Shown here: piece after piece, positions 11,603 through 26,600 of the stretch
How the letters are laid out: each line of letters starts with the position of its first letter
How positions within the stretch are numbered: position 1 is the stretch's first letter
Origin: Mytilus trossulus
Taxonomy: Eukaryota
DNA: 64,000 nucleotides
Assembly (NCBI RefSeq): GCF_036588685.1
Contig: NC_086377.1
Location: forward strand, 64,356,001-64,420,000
Reading direction: 5' to 3'
Notes under the pieces: model-generated
What the model was told of the DNA's origin: nothing
The model's input: the letters and a program-made list of their open reading frames with translations, nothing else
Database searches by the model: none
Program-made: the position numbers and the translations under genes

Positions 11603-14600
11603 ATGGCAAATATCAGTGATCTGAGAAAGAGAGGTTGTTTCGTCACTAACCTTATAGGACTTCTGTTGGTAATACTGGTTATATGTCTGCTAGTGGTAGT
11701 GGCAGTCTTGGTTTATTTTACAACGTTGGATATTAAATGTTCTTCGTCGAATGGTAAGTAAATATAAACAGTTAATGAAAATGAAGAGAGAGGGTATAAA
11801 GATTGTTTGATAGCTTGCTATTTTACGACACTTTCAACATTGCTTTGTGGGAGTTAGTGTGTCCTGGTGGAGGAACCGGAGTGTCCTGTGATAACGATCG
11901 ACTTTTGATAGGAACACTGAAACAATCACTAGCTAGTCAATTAAGAAGGGTGTCGAGCGCAACTGCTACGAACTCACAATGTCAGTGTCGACAGGCTAGT
12001 GATACAGTTGTTGGACTACTCAGACCACTCGCCACCATGGACAACAATATACGAATCACGGAATGACAAGAATCAAAAGTCAAGACAGAAAATCAAAAAG
12101 GCTATCGTTCAAGACCTCAATATGTATATAAACATCTATGATGTGTTGGGTTGATGACTCAATGACGTATTGTAAACATCTTATTTTCAAAGTCAATGAC
12201 TAAATGATTTCATTGGTGTACAAATGCAGTACAATGTATTTGTTTAACTGCAGGGCCGATTTTTTTTATTCTATACTCTATAATTCTTTTATGGCCACTA
12301 AGCAAGACTATGTAGCAACACACCTCCAACATCAATGTAAACAATAATGACCTTGAATAAAATCTTAATTTTTAATAAAATATATATTAAGAGTATATTC
12401 AGGTTTATGTATAGACTCTATATATATTTACGAAAATCTATTTTGATTTTAATTTATAGTTTTAACTTGAATTTTGATCAGTTTAAATGATTAATTAATT
12501 CATATTTTCCCAGCGAAATTACAACAAAACCGATTTATATGTGAAAGTACATGTAACATATATAACTAATGACTCTGATGCTGTTTTTGTAATCTGTAAA
12601 CTAAACTAGTCTGCAATGTAAGTGTCGTACAACAAGTACAATTATCATTCCATTGTAAATGCTTGTTATGTAATTGTTACACACAATAATAATAAATGTC
12701 AAACGAAGTGATAAATGAAGAATGAATTCATTCTTTTTTGTAAAGCAGTTGTTACACATTGTAAGAAAACAAACATATTCACTTTGTGACATTTATTAAT
12801 CAGCAGAACACAGCATTCTAAGACAGTACAATAGACAATCTAACAGATCTAATCTACCAAACAGATTTACAATAATTTCACAATTTTCCAGCTAATGATG
12901 TATATTTTGTTTGATTAATTTGTCATATACAGTCAAAGCACAAAAGTGAGTTCTCACTCAAAAAATTTCCTATCATTTCAACTAAAATCGATATTTTTCA
13001 AAAAAATATTACCAAGTTAATCTATGAGCGATTTTTATAAAATAGATACCATAAGATGCAGACATGTCTGAAGTTTTTTTTGTTTATTTGGCCATAATGA
13101 TGGCGAGGTTCGGTTACATTATCTAATGGGTTAAACACAAATGCAAATTGTTACGATTTTAATTTGGTTAGAATAAATAGCAAACTTTTTACATGGCTAC
13201 AAACAATTGTTTTTGGTAAAAACCTTACACAGCTAAACACAGGACACACTTACGTATAAAAGATAAACAAGGGTCTGTATGGTGGTCCTTCAATTCTGTT
13301 TTCTTTATTTTTCAAAGTCGGTGTTTTTAAAATGTTGTCCATAATCCTAATGATCCATTATCTTCAAAGATAGTAACATTCGCGATACTATTAGTTACAT
13401 AGTGTGCTAGCGACCTTATACGGTATATATTGGGTCAGTAAATTCCATATGAGGTGAGAGAGAAGCACACTATGTAACGAATTTATCTTACCGACTATCT
13501 TAACGTGTAAAATTTAGACTTGTGATCTATCAGAATGAGCAATCCAGCCTTCAATACTGTTATCATTAAGTAACTACTTCTATTGATCCTACAAGAATAG
13601 CCAACGATAACAACTTGTTAGGTTTAAATGTGTTTAATGAATTAATTTCAATCTTAATCATCAATTTCTTCGTCTGTTGAAATCTTTTTAAAAAAAAGAT
13701 TTTTTTCTGCTCCGTTTTGGTTTTATAAAGGGACGTAACATAACTACTAACCGTGCATGAAATAAGCTCCGCCTCTTCACTACCAAATATTGAATATAAA
13801 GGGACGTACATTTTAACTCCACTACTAACCGTGTATGAAATAAGCCCCGCCTCCCTACTAACCTAATATTAAATATACACGGTCTTCACGCGGACGCTTT
13901 TAACCAATCACATTCCTAGAAATGTATAGGAGGTAAGATAACTATATATTATCGAGTTTTCTACACATTCACTGGTATTAAAGAGATAATCGTAACTGCA
14001 ATTACGATTATCCCAATATGGCGACGGCAGATATAGGTAAAATCTTTACAGTCATTTTTCTCAAATGTACATGTTTTTGTCACTAGTTACTCAGCTGCAA
14101 GGTTTTTCTATACCATTACATCATATCTGAATCGTAACTGTGCACTGGAATTGTCTAACCGCTTTGAAAATTCCCGTTGAAAAATTCGGGATGATAATCG
14201 TAACTCGGAAAAAAGATAATCGTAATTATGGTATTAAAAAATGAGAAGATAATCGTAACTGAATAGTGCTTAAATTTATTGATATTGACACTAAAAACGT
14301 ATATCTGATAGAACATGATGAAAGTATGGTGACGAATTAATCACGTTTCAACATCTTATGACGTATCTTTTTGTGCATATATAAATAATGGTTCTAATGA
14401 AAACAGCTACATACTATTATATCATCAAATTGGAAGGGCGAACAAGCTTCAAGAAATTGTGATATGGTAAAAAACACGAACTATGTTAAAATACAGAAAA
14501 CTTCCAAGAACTAGGAATGTCACAAAATATTGGAATGAGCGAAGAGGCAATTTTAAAGGAAGTTATGATATATGGCAATACTTGTCAGGGGAAACGCATG

Positions 14601-17600
14601 TGTCACCCTACATCAGATTTGTGATTAATAAAATGGAGAATGGAAATGGGGAATGTATCAAAGAGACAACAACCCGACTATAGAAATAACAACAGCATAA
14701 GGTCACCAACAGGTCCTCTATGTCGCGAAAAAATCCCGCACCGGAGGCGTCCTTCAGCTGGCCCTAAGACTGTTGAAGAACATAGATTTTTCCTGAATAA
14801 AAACATAGTAAATATAGTAAATATACCCTTTATGCCATAATGAAGAAGGAAAGACGTTAAGTATTCGCCAGAGACAGTTTGACGAGAAATTAAGAACAAC
14901 AGTTTTGCACTTTTGGGATGTGGGATATTGCTAATCCCCCTCCATTTTCTCCCCAAAAAAACACCTTAAACGCGCACATAATATTGAAACGTTGAAAACA
15001 ATTAGAATATCTACTTACCACAATACCTGACCCGACAGCTGCTTCATTGTCAATATCTTGAACAGGTACGTGTATAATATATTAAAAGGTTATGCATATT
15101 GTTGTCTGTTATACGGGCATTTTTCAATACACGTGTGAATTTCAGACCTAAAAAAAATGCAAATTCAACTTGTCGAAATTTTTATTTCTAGGGTTATTCT
15201 GAATACCTCTATTATAGACCTGTTTTTAAATAAAAAGTGCATATATAATTTGATTGATATTAGTGTAACGCTTAATCTGACACTTAAAACCCATTTACAA
15301 TCATGCGATGCTTTTTAGATGAATCAGATGGGAAGGTACTGCATAAATCGCCGTCTGTTGAGAGGAATTTTCGACTACCACCCAACTTGTACCCGACTGT
15401 TTATACCGTTGAGATTCAGCCATTTATCTATGGGGACAACTTGAAAGACTTTTTCTTCTCTGGTCACGTTGGAATAGAAGTAGAATGCAGGTCATCAACA
15501 AACGAAATTATTCTTCACAGTAAAATGTTAAATATTACAGAAAATTCTATCGAAATTCGTGCGAGCGGAAGACAGAACGACACAATAAATTCTACTTTAG
15601 AATATGATACAAACAATGAGTTCATAATACTGAAACTGAGTAGATTGATGGTAGCAGGAAACAGATATACTGTAGAGATGGGATTCGATGGACATTTCTC
15701 GGAAGATTTAGTTGGATTGTATCTTAGTTCGTATGTTCGTGACAACTCTACGGTGTAAGTATGAATAATTCGCCGTTTCAGAATCTAATGCATCCTGGAT
15801 AATATTTTCAAAAGCGTACACCAAAGCGTTTTGATTGGTTTAAAACATAATAAACAATGCAAATTCAACCAATGACGTAACGTTATTTTCACTTTGGGGT
15901 ACGAACAATGAAATTACCCATGATGCTTTAGATTCTGAAGAGGCCAATTGTTAAATGATTTGCATATTGGGGAATACGTTGATATGATTGTTAGAGAGGA
16001 CTTCTGGTATTTGATCTTTTCGATGTACGTATGAATAATTTTTCATTGACGCAATTGAAGTTATTCGCCGTTGCCGCCATGTTGCAATTAAAAATTTAAC
16101 ATATAAATGATGTTAAAATATTTTATTTATAGAAGATTAATGGGAAACAAGTTTTGCATCTTATATTAATCCCTTTCCACTTTGCGAGTGCTGCATTAGA
16201 CTGCTCTTTTTCTAAATCTACAATGATATCTTTAACGTGCAAGAGATATGTCTCTTTCTTAACACGGGTCAGCCATTTGTCGCCCCCTTCCGACGGACTA
16301 TCATCGTTTCCGCAAGACCATACTCGCAAATGATGTCAAGAAAGAGCAGAAATTCAATCCCTATAATTTTTATCCTAGAAGGGGAATCGAACCAGGAACC
16401 TTTGTGTTAATAGTCCAACGCACTAACCACTTCACCACAGCTCTCATAAACAAATGAACTCATCATAGACGCTAGAATCCAAAAAAGTTTAAAAGGCCAA
16501 ACAGAGTACAAAGTCGCATAACTTTGAGAACCCCAAATCCCTAAAAGTTTTTATATAAGACTCCTTTCAATGAGGAATCTGCAATGTTCATTTTAGTGAG
16601 TTACAATCTGATGCCAATTTTTCTTTGCGATAAACTACTAAATATGTCAAAAAATACAACGAGCATATGGATCAGGATATAATTCATTTCAATTAAGGTG
16701 GTACCCATCACCTTGACTAAAACTATTTTGGCTCGTTTAATTTTTATAAAATTTTGACAAAGTATTTACTTTGACCCTTTGACAAAAATACAAAAGTTTC
16801 AAAAAATTTGAACCAACCATTTTATCAGAAAAATTACACTGGTTACATAGCAGTTCAACAAAGACTAGTTTTCATCATTGAAAAGCTTAATATTCCCTTA
16901 ACAACACAACGTGATTAAAACGTTTAGCTGATATTACAGAGTTATCTCCCTGTAGTGTTAGGTACCACCTTAAATAAACATTAAAAACACTATTTCTGTA
17001 TATTTGTGTTTACTGCTTCCCCCTGCTTGTCGATTTTAATGGGCGTATGACATTTGCGCCGATGTTGAAAATTTTCATTCTTTCATTTGCGCCGATTTCA
17101 TTTTTTCATTTGCGCCGATTTTATATTTTTCTTTATTGGATTTACAGGTAAGTTACAGGTGGGTTCATACTTTTACATTGGCTGAGCACAGAGTATAAAG
17201 ACAAATCAAGTGACATTGTAATTGGTAAATGACTATTCCAATGTTTCGGGTAACAGTCACAGTTTACATTGTCTGACGCTCCTTCTGATGACAAATGACA
17301 TACATTCTTAGACAACGTACAATGCCCAAGTACAGATTCCATAACGGTCAACCAATTCGTGATGGCGTCCATAAATTTAAGAAGGGATGACTTCAACTTC
17401 ACCATTTGTAACTCTTGGTTTAATAGCTTCCTTGTGAGAAAATGAGAACTCTCGAAATGCCCCTACCAGTGCGTATGCCAGACAAAGAAAAGATGGCCTT
17501 CGTTTTCGACAATTTTGCCAAATATAAAAGAGACGAAATCATAAGAAAGGAATATATTAGATGTGTTGTCTATACATACTCGGCAAGAACAGATTTATGA

Positions 17601-20600
17601 TTTGAATGTATTGAGTTTTTATGGATTTGAATGCTGCTACATATATTTTTAATTCGTCACAAAGTGCTTTTATCTTAGGTTTTTTACTTCTTGATTTTAA
17701 GCAGGAGACAACAGTTATATACATGTTATGATTGACAATTCATAACACATGTACAACTGGCTAACAGAAGAGGTCTTTTATGATAAATGAAAATAACATT
17801 ACTGGGATGGAGAGGTGTCTCATTGGCACGCATACCACATCTTCTTATATCATTTCACCTGTGATTTACCTGTTATTTACCTGTAAATAAATCGGCGCAA
17901 ATGAAACAAAAATCGGCGCAAATGAAATGCAGATCGGCGCAAATGCAAAACGCCGATTTTAATTGCACCAAATGTTGCCTTAGGCCCTCCTCCGATATGA
18001 GTATATAATGTATCTAGTATAGAGATTTGTTGTTATAAAGATTCACGAAGAGACAAAATGTGAAACAATTTAGAAGAAAAATCTAATGATAAATATATGT
18101 ATAAATGTACTAGCACTACAACAATGAAAGAATGAAAATTAGACATAGTATCCATATATAAGCAACGGGTGACTTGTTGATGACTTCAGACAAAGGGGTT
18201 GGGAGATTGGTGGTTAAATGTTTTATTGCAGTTTTTGATTGGACGATAGTTTTGTTGATATTTGATAATATTTCCTATTTCAGATTTCTTGCTACAACGC
18301 AATTTGAAGCTACTGATGCCAGAAGAGCATTTCCATGTTTCGACGAGCCCGCAATTAAAGCAAAATTTAATATAACTCTCGTCAGGAAAAACCATATGAC
18401 GTCCTTGTCAAATACTCGTATTAATTATCAAGAAAATAGGTGAGTACACGTAAATTAAAAAAAAAGTCACAATAATCCGGCGTTTTGCATTTGCGCCGAT
18501 CTGCATTTCATTTGCGCCGATTTTTTCTTTCATTTGCGCCGATTCTTTTACAGGTAAATAACAGGTAAATTACAGGTGAAATGATATAAGAAGATGTGGT
18601 ATGAGTGCCAATGAGACAACTCTCCATCCCAGTAATGTTATTTTCATTTATCATTAAAGACCTCTTTCGTCAGCCAGTTGTACATATGTTATGAATTGTC
18701 AATCATAACATGTATATAACTGTTGTCTCCTGTTTTAAATCAAAAAGTAAAAACCTTTTAAGATAAAAGCACTTTGTTTATACTAAAATGACGAATTAAA
18801 AATATATATACAGCATTCAAATCCATAAAAACGGAATACATTCAAATCATAAATCCGAGTATGTATAGTAGGCAACACATCTAACATATTCCTTTCTTAT
18901 GATTTCGTCTCTTCTACATTTGGTGTAATTGTCAATAAAGAAGGCCATCTTTTCTTTGTCTGGCATACGTACTGGTTGTGGCATTTCTAGAGTTCGCATT
19001 TTCTCACAAGGGAGCTATTAAACCAAGAGTTCCAAATGGTGAAGTTGAAATCATCCCTTCGTTAATTTTATGGACGCCATCACGAATTGATTGACCGTTA
19101 TGGAATGTGTACTTGTACGTTGTTTACGAATGTATGAAATTTGTCATCAGAAGGAGCGGAGCGTCAGACAATGTCTAACGTGAAGAAGTCATCGATTTCA
19201 TTTAGGGAAAGGAATGGTAACCCGAAACATTGGGATAGCCATTTACCAATTGCAATGTCACTTGATTTGTCTTTATACTATGTCCTAGGCCAATTAAAAG
19301 TATGAAATTACCTGTAAATTCAATTAGGAAAAAATATAAAATCGGCGCAAATGAAAAAATGAAATCGGCGCAAATGAAAGAATGAAAATTTACAAAATCG
19401 GCGCAAATGTCATACGCCCCAATAATCAGGCCAGATGGATTAATACGTTACCTTTTTTTTTTTTTTTTTTTTTAAAGTTTAACAAAAAATTGCAAGTGTT
19501 GTGTGTACCAAATTTCCAGAGATTACACTAGATTAACTCCTTGACACTTTACATACACACGACTGTATTGTAAGTTTACGTACCGAAGGAGGATGGTTCT
19601 CTCCGAGCACACTGACTCCATCTACTAATAAAACAAACTGACTGCCACGAAATAAGACAAACGTAATTATCATGAAAGTGACGTAAAACACAATTCGTGC
19701 AAATAACCAATTAATGTTTATATAGTCACTTGCCATAAGTTTATATAGTCACTTGTTATAAGTTTGCCTCTTGACCATTTACTTGCCATTTTCCAGAACG
19801 GATGATTGGGTTGCTGACCATTATGAAGAAACCCCTTTGATGTCAACTTATCTCTTGGCCTTTATTGTTTGTGACTTTCAATACACCAGTGACGTCACCA
19901 AGAACAATGTACTAGTAAGTCAATAGTAATGCATTTGTATCTATAGATTTATGAATGAATAATAATTATTAATTGAAACGCACAGTATTAAATTAAAACT
20001 CAAAATAGGGCTAGTTCAAACACATCTTGTGTCATAAAGTCATAGGAGTGAAATACACTTTTCAATATGAAGCTAACAGCTCTAGGTGTTAAACATGTTA
20101 CATGTATTAACCTTATATATATATGTGTGTATATATTTTGAACACATTTAGGTTCAAGGTATGACCAAATTGTGCAAGGATATCGAACGAAAATAACAAA
20201 AAAATATGCCAAGTTGTAGTATTATTCTAATGTAGCTACATTTAAATTCTCCCTGATAAATTCGTCCGAATTTAAAACATTTCTAATCTATCTACATGGC
20301 GAAATAAGAGGCAAGTCAAAATGTAGATTTGGTTTGCTCGCAGTAACTTTTTTTCTGTGCGATACAACATTTAATTATGATAATATGTCATTACAAATAT
20401 ATTCCAGCAAATACACATCTAGCTGTTCTAAACTAAATCATTATAAATATATAAAAATAATATACTATGCAGAACGTGTTGTTACTTTAAAGTTACTGTG
20501 AGAACCTCGATTCAAATAATTCAAGTATCTGACTTGTATATACCCCACCCGTATTCACGCCTATGAAATGCTCGAGCAGTACTCACTAAAGACTTGTATA

Positions 20601-23600
20601 TAGATACTATCCAACCAGTTATTTAAACTTGTTTTGCAAACTTGTTCTACTTGTTCTACAAACTTCAGTTACTAAAGATAGAAATAGATAAGGGGAAAAC
20701 CCAAATATAACGGAATAGTAATAAACTGTACACTTTCTATACATCTTAAATCCTGAATTAATGATGTTGGATACTGTTTTTGTTTGTTTTGTGTCAGATA
20801 TTCGGAGTGCTCCCAGTTTATCCATGTAAATTACAAGTAAACATTATTGCCGCTACACAAAAGTCTTCTTTTCATAATTTTATTACATATACACGAAGTT
20901 TAAAGCATTATCGAAAATACTCATACATGGGGGGGAAAATCCTTAGTTTTTTCGATTTTTTTTAGAAGTTTTATAAACAGGAAATGTTTAAAAATTACGA
21001 TATAATTGGTATTCATGTCAACACCGACTGACTCAGTGCTGACTACTGGGCTGGTGATCAAAGGCCAATAAGTATTAGGCCAATGGATTGCCATTAGTAA
21101 AATGAAAAATATTTCTCTCCCTAAATATTTACATTTCATCTTTTAGTTTAGGTCATGGGCAAGGAATGAAGTAGTGGACCAAACGCCTTATTCATTGAAA
21201 GTTGGAATGAGCATCTTAACATATTTTGAGAACTTTTTCAATATCAGTTTTCCTCTAGCCAAGACAGGTTAGGTTAATATTATTAATGGGCTCATATGGA
21301 TAGTAAGCTCTGACATGTCTGCGAACAAGAACATCTGACACACAAACAACCTTATAAAATATACGATTTCAAACTCTTTTAAATATTGCATTGTGATTGA
21401 AATAGAGACAGAAGAAACACAAGCGACATTCAAAGTTCGAAATCGAGAAGAAAGTGTTCGCGCCATTACAAATACTCGACAAAATGCATAAAGACAAGAA
21501 AATCACCAAAAAAACCGAAAACAACTAGAAAACAACTAGAACTTGTAAAATTGAATACTTAGCAACACGAACTCCATAACCAGCTGCTCCGGAAGGGTAA
21601 GAAAAAAACATTTGCCATTTAAAAATAACCAAGAGAGAAATGAAAAAAAATATCGAAGAAATGTTGAGTGCTTAGACATATCTTTATAAGTTTTGACTTA
21701 AGTTTAGCTTTTACAGTGTTAGATCTGCAAATTAACGTTAGCTAATTTGTGTTCTTCTCTCAGCTGGATATAATCCTCTGCATCTGAGACATCATGTCAA
21801 CACCGCCTCCACTGTGTCAAGCGCCCTAGACCTCTCGAATAACTACGCTTTACAACAACATAGTTTTATCTGGGATTGTCGCACAGTACACGATGTATAG
21901 GTGAAAGTAGATGTTTATTCTGACAGGTCGTAAAGGATGATAATTTTACTCATAATGCCGTCACAATAAATTTGATCATATATAAAATTTAGGAGCCATT
22001 TACAGCAGAACTTGATGTATCTGTTTGGTTGATCATGCCACAAAGTGTGACTCATTCAAAGTCAAACTATTCCTTGTTTATGTTCTCTGTTAAAACTGTG
22101 TTATAGTATAAACAAACTCTAGGATTTTTTTCAGATATGATAGCTGTTCCAGATTTTCAAGCAGGTGCAATGGAGAATTGGGGTCTTATTACATACCGTG
22201 AAACATCTATGTTATATCATCATCTGGAAGACTCGGAGTCCAGGAAAGAAATAGTTACAAGTATAGTATCTCATGAACTGGCACATATGGTAAGGAAATA
22301 AACGTATAGTTACAAGTATAGTATCTCATGAACTGGCACATATGGTAAGGAAATAAACGTATAGTTACAAGTATAGTATCTCATGAACTGGCACATATGG
22401 TAAGGAAATAAACGTATAGTTACAAGTATAGTATCTCATGAACTGGCACATATGGTAAGGAAATAAACGTATAGTTACAAGTATAGTATCTCAGGAACTG
22501 GCACATATGGTAAGAAAATAAACGTATGGTTACAAGTATAGTATCTCATGAACTGGCACATATGGTAAGGAAATAAACGTATAGTTACAAGTATAGTATC
22601 TCATGAACTGCCACATATGGTAAGGAAATAAACGTATAGTTACAAGTATAGTATCTCATGAACTGGCACATATGGTAAGGAAATAAACGTATAGTAACAA
22701 GTATAGTATCTCATGAACTGGCACACATGGTAAGGAAATAAACGTATAGTTACAAGTATAGTATCTCATGAACTGGCACATATGGTAAGGAAATAAACGT
22801 ATAGTTACAAGTATAGTATCTCATGAACTGGCACATATGGTAAGGAAATAAACGTATAGTTACAAGTATAGTATCTCAGGAACTGGCACATATGGTAAGA
22901 AAATAAACGTATGGTTACAAGTATAGTATCTCATGAACTGGCACATATGGTAAGGAAATAAACGTATAGTTACAAGTATAGTATCTCATGAACTGCCACA
23001 TATGGTAAGGAAATAAACGTATAGTTACAAGTATAGTATCTCATGAACTGGCACATATGGTAAGGAAATAAACGTATAGTAACAAGTATAGTATCTCATG
23101 AACTGGCACACATGGTAAGGAAATAAACGTATAGTTACAAGTATAGTATCTCATGAACTGGCACATATGGTAAGAAAATAAACGTATGGTTACAAGTATA
23201 GTATCTCATGAACTGGCACATATGGTAAGGAAAAAAACGTATAGTTACAAGTATAGTATCTCATGAACTGGCACATATGGTAAGGAAATAAACGTATAGT
23301 TACTAGTATAGTATCTCATGAACTGGCACATATGGAAAGGAAATAAACGTATAGTTACAAGTATAGTAACTCATGAACTGGCACATATGGTAAGAAAATA
23401 AACGTATGGTTACAAGTATAGTATATCATGAACTGGCACATATGGTAAGGAAATAAACGTATAGTTAAAAGTATAGTATCTCATGAACTGCCACATATGG
23501 TAAGGAAATAAACGTATAGTTACAAGTATAGTATCTCATGAACTGGCACATATGGTAAGGAAATAAACGTATAGTAACAAGTATAGTATCTCATGTACTG

Positions 23601-26600
23601 GCACATATGGTAAGGAAATAAACGTATAGTTACAAGTATAGTATCTCATGAACTGGCACATATGGTAAGAAAATAAACGTATAGTTACAAGTATAGTATC
23701 TCATGAACTGGCACATATGGTAAGGAAATAAACGTATAGTTACAAGTATAGTATCTCATGAACTGGCACATATGGTAAGAAAATAAATGTATGGTTCAAG
23801 TATAGTATCTCATGAACTGGCACATATGGTAAGGAAATAAACGTATGGTTACAAGTATAGTATCTCATGAACTGCCACATATGGTAAGAAAATAAATGTA
23901 TGGTTACAAGTATAGTATCTCATGAACTGGCACATATGGTAAGGAAATAAACGTATGGTTACAAGTATAGTATCTCATGAACTGCCACATATGGTAAGAA
24001 AATAAATGTATGGTTACAAGTATAGTATCTCATGAACTGGCACATAAGGTAAGTAAATAAATGTATGGTTCAAGTTCTTACAAACTTAAATGGTCTAAAT
24101 AGGTCAAATAAAGAGGGTGGGTGCATTCCTTATTTATTTAATTTGGGCCATTATTTTGTTTATTTAGCACCTTTTTTGTTATTCTTTACCTTTTTGTCTC
24201 ATTATCTCGCACACACTTCTCTAATATATTAACTGCATTCAGAATTTCATATATGAAGCTGGAAAATATTCAAGATAACTCGAAAATTCAAATGAGTTTA
24301 AGGAGATGTTGGGTGATTTTTCATTGGGACAGCATCTGACAGACCGACACGTAAAGAAGACATCTAGATAATAAAATAAAAAGATGTGCTATTATTGACC
24401 ATGAGACCATTCTCAACTTAAGACCACATAACAAAGAAGATAACGTCTTTATGTTATCGTATGATCTCAAACAATAAGCAAAACCCATACCACATAGTAT
24501 ACTAGAATTGAAAAATATTGATCAACTCAAACGAGAAAACTAACGAAATGAACGGAAAATAATTATGATTCACAGCAATAAGTGAAAGCCACTAAAGTAC
24601 AGGCACCTCGCTTGAGACAGTCATGTACACAATGTGAAGGGTTAAACGTGTGTGTCTGACACAAAACCAAGCATTCCTCATACCTTTTATAACAGACAAG
24701 AAATGATATCTGACACAAAACCAAGCATTCCTCATACGTTTTATAACAGAAAAGAAATGATATCTGACACTAAACCAAGCATTCATCATACGTTTTACAA
24801 CACACAAGAGATGATATCTAGTTCATAATGATCATGATGATTGAAGTAAAGACTTAATAGATAAACGAAATAACATTGCTATCAAATTCTATAAAGAATA
24901 AAGTTCATACAGATGTAACTTTAAACAAACTGACAAACCTATTTAAAAAATGAAAATTGACAAACAACCGCACACAACATACAACATAGAAAATTAAAGA
25001 CCGAGTACCACGAAACCAACTTACATTTTATTATATAAAATGTATATAAGTTGATTATGTCAATAAAAACCTCAATATCTTTATTATAAAGTTCAAAAAT
25101 AAAATAATGAGGATTTTTTTTTGTGTGTGTCATATATTAATTATGTACATTATAATATCGAACTATCCAGATTATTAGACAAATATTTGACAAACTATTT
25201 CACGTTTATATGAACGTAACAATTATTAAAATTTATTTTAAAGTCATAGGAAACGAGTAACCGGTGAACAATAATGCTTCATCCATGCATGTATATATCA
25301 TAAACTTAGTCTTCTGTGCACGATTTTATAATTTTTTACGCAACCATATCGTATTATCGTCATTTCCCCCTCTCTGTCTGTTATGATGTGAAAGTATGAC
25401 AGCTACTTTTAATGTCGTGTTTATAAGCCGAAGTGTACCGATTGACACGTTATAGTAAACAATCAACCATTAAACGTAGATATTGAGCTCGTGTTGAACA
25501 TGTACAGTCAGATAATAATTTATTTCAAGGACATATCAATGCGTATTGCGATCACCGGATTTTTACGAGAGGATCACGCTGAGGTCACTTTGCATACGGA
25601 AAATGTATCGGTGAATTGCTTCCTTGAAGCAAACAATTCAAGTTAGGTAAACTTCTTCAAAATATAAACAAATTGGAGAATTTTCTTCAGAAAAAAGTAT
25701 TTGAACATCAGTTTTATGATGCAAACTATCAATTTAGTTATAAAGAACATATGCATTACTTTTTTTGAGGTTTCATATGATCGATTACAAAAAAGAAAAT
25801 AATTATAATTTACATGAACACATATTCTAGTAATCATATAACTCAGTAAATTGTATGTTTAAATTATTTAGATAGAATTGATAATTATGATATTTTTCAG
25901 TGGTTTGGTAACTTAGTAACCCCATCATGGTGGGGAGATATCTGGCTGAATGAAGGATTTGCTAGTTATTTTCAACACCTTGGTGTAGATCATGTTCACC
26001 CAGACTGGAACATAGTACGTACACAATTAACTGTTTTTAACAAATTTCATCAGGGATAAGATATTTATAATTTGTAGCTTTTTGAGTACATTGATGTTAA
26101 TCTTGTCCACCTTGACATGAATATAGTACATACATATACAATATATTATATATAAAAAAGAAGATGTGGTATGATTGCCAATGAGACACTATCCACAAAA
26201 GACAAAACATTAACAACTTTAGGTCCCCGTACGGCCTTCAACAATGAGCAAAGCCCATACCGCATAGTCAGCTATAAAAGGCCCCGATAAGACAATGTAA
26301 AACAATTCAAACGAGAAAACTAACGGCCTTATTTATGTAAAAAATATACATTGTCAAAAAGAATCAAAATTTTTGTTTGAGATTTGGATCCGGGACGAAA
26401 GGCGTTACTCACAGCTCGTTTCCGATGCAGTACATATATGTTGTTTTTATCCTGTAATTTAAACCCAGCACATAAAAGGTTTAGTTATTTAAAATCAAAC
26501 AGTAACTGTTGTATCTGATTGTTCAAAGAAATTGATATTGTTATTTTCATTTCGTCAACCCCATCCCGAGCCTCTCCTATAATATATACTTTTTTAATTC

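Noticed and set aside
16380-16445. Functional tRNA gene
   Set aside because: A and B boxes are present but there is no complete acceptor stem, and the sequence continues into a SINE body.
17142-17405. ORF beginning MVKLKSSL as a gene
   Set aside because: It is a short frameshifted RT fragment captured within a non-autonomous element.
22306-24064. Array units acting as mutually exclusive or extra HELAH mini-exons
   Set aside because: The internal AGs have no polypyrimidine tract and would give 35-, 28- or 23-nt exons, none of which preserves frame.
22251-24073. CRISPR-like array
   Set aside because: The units are contiguous near-identical repeats with no unique spacers, there are no cas genes, and the context is a eukaryotic intron. 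The same applies to 2067-2916 and 41981-42385.
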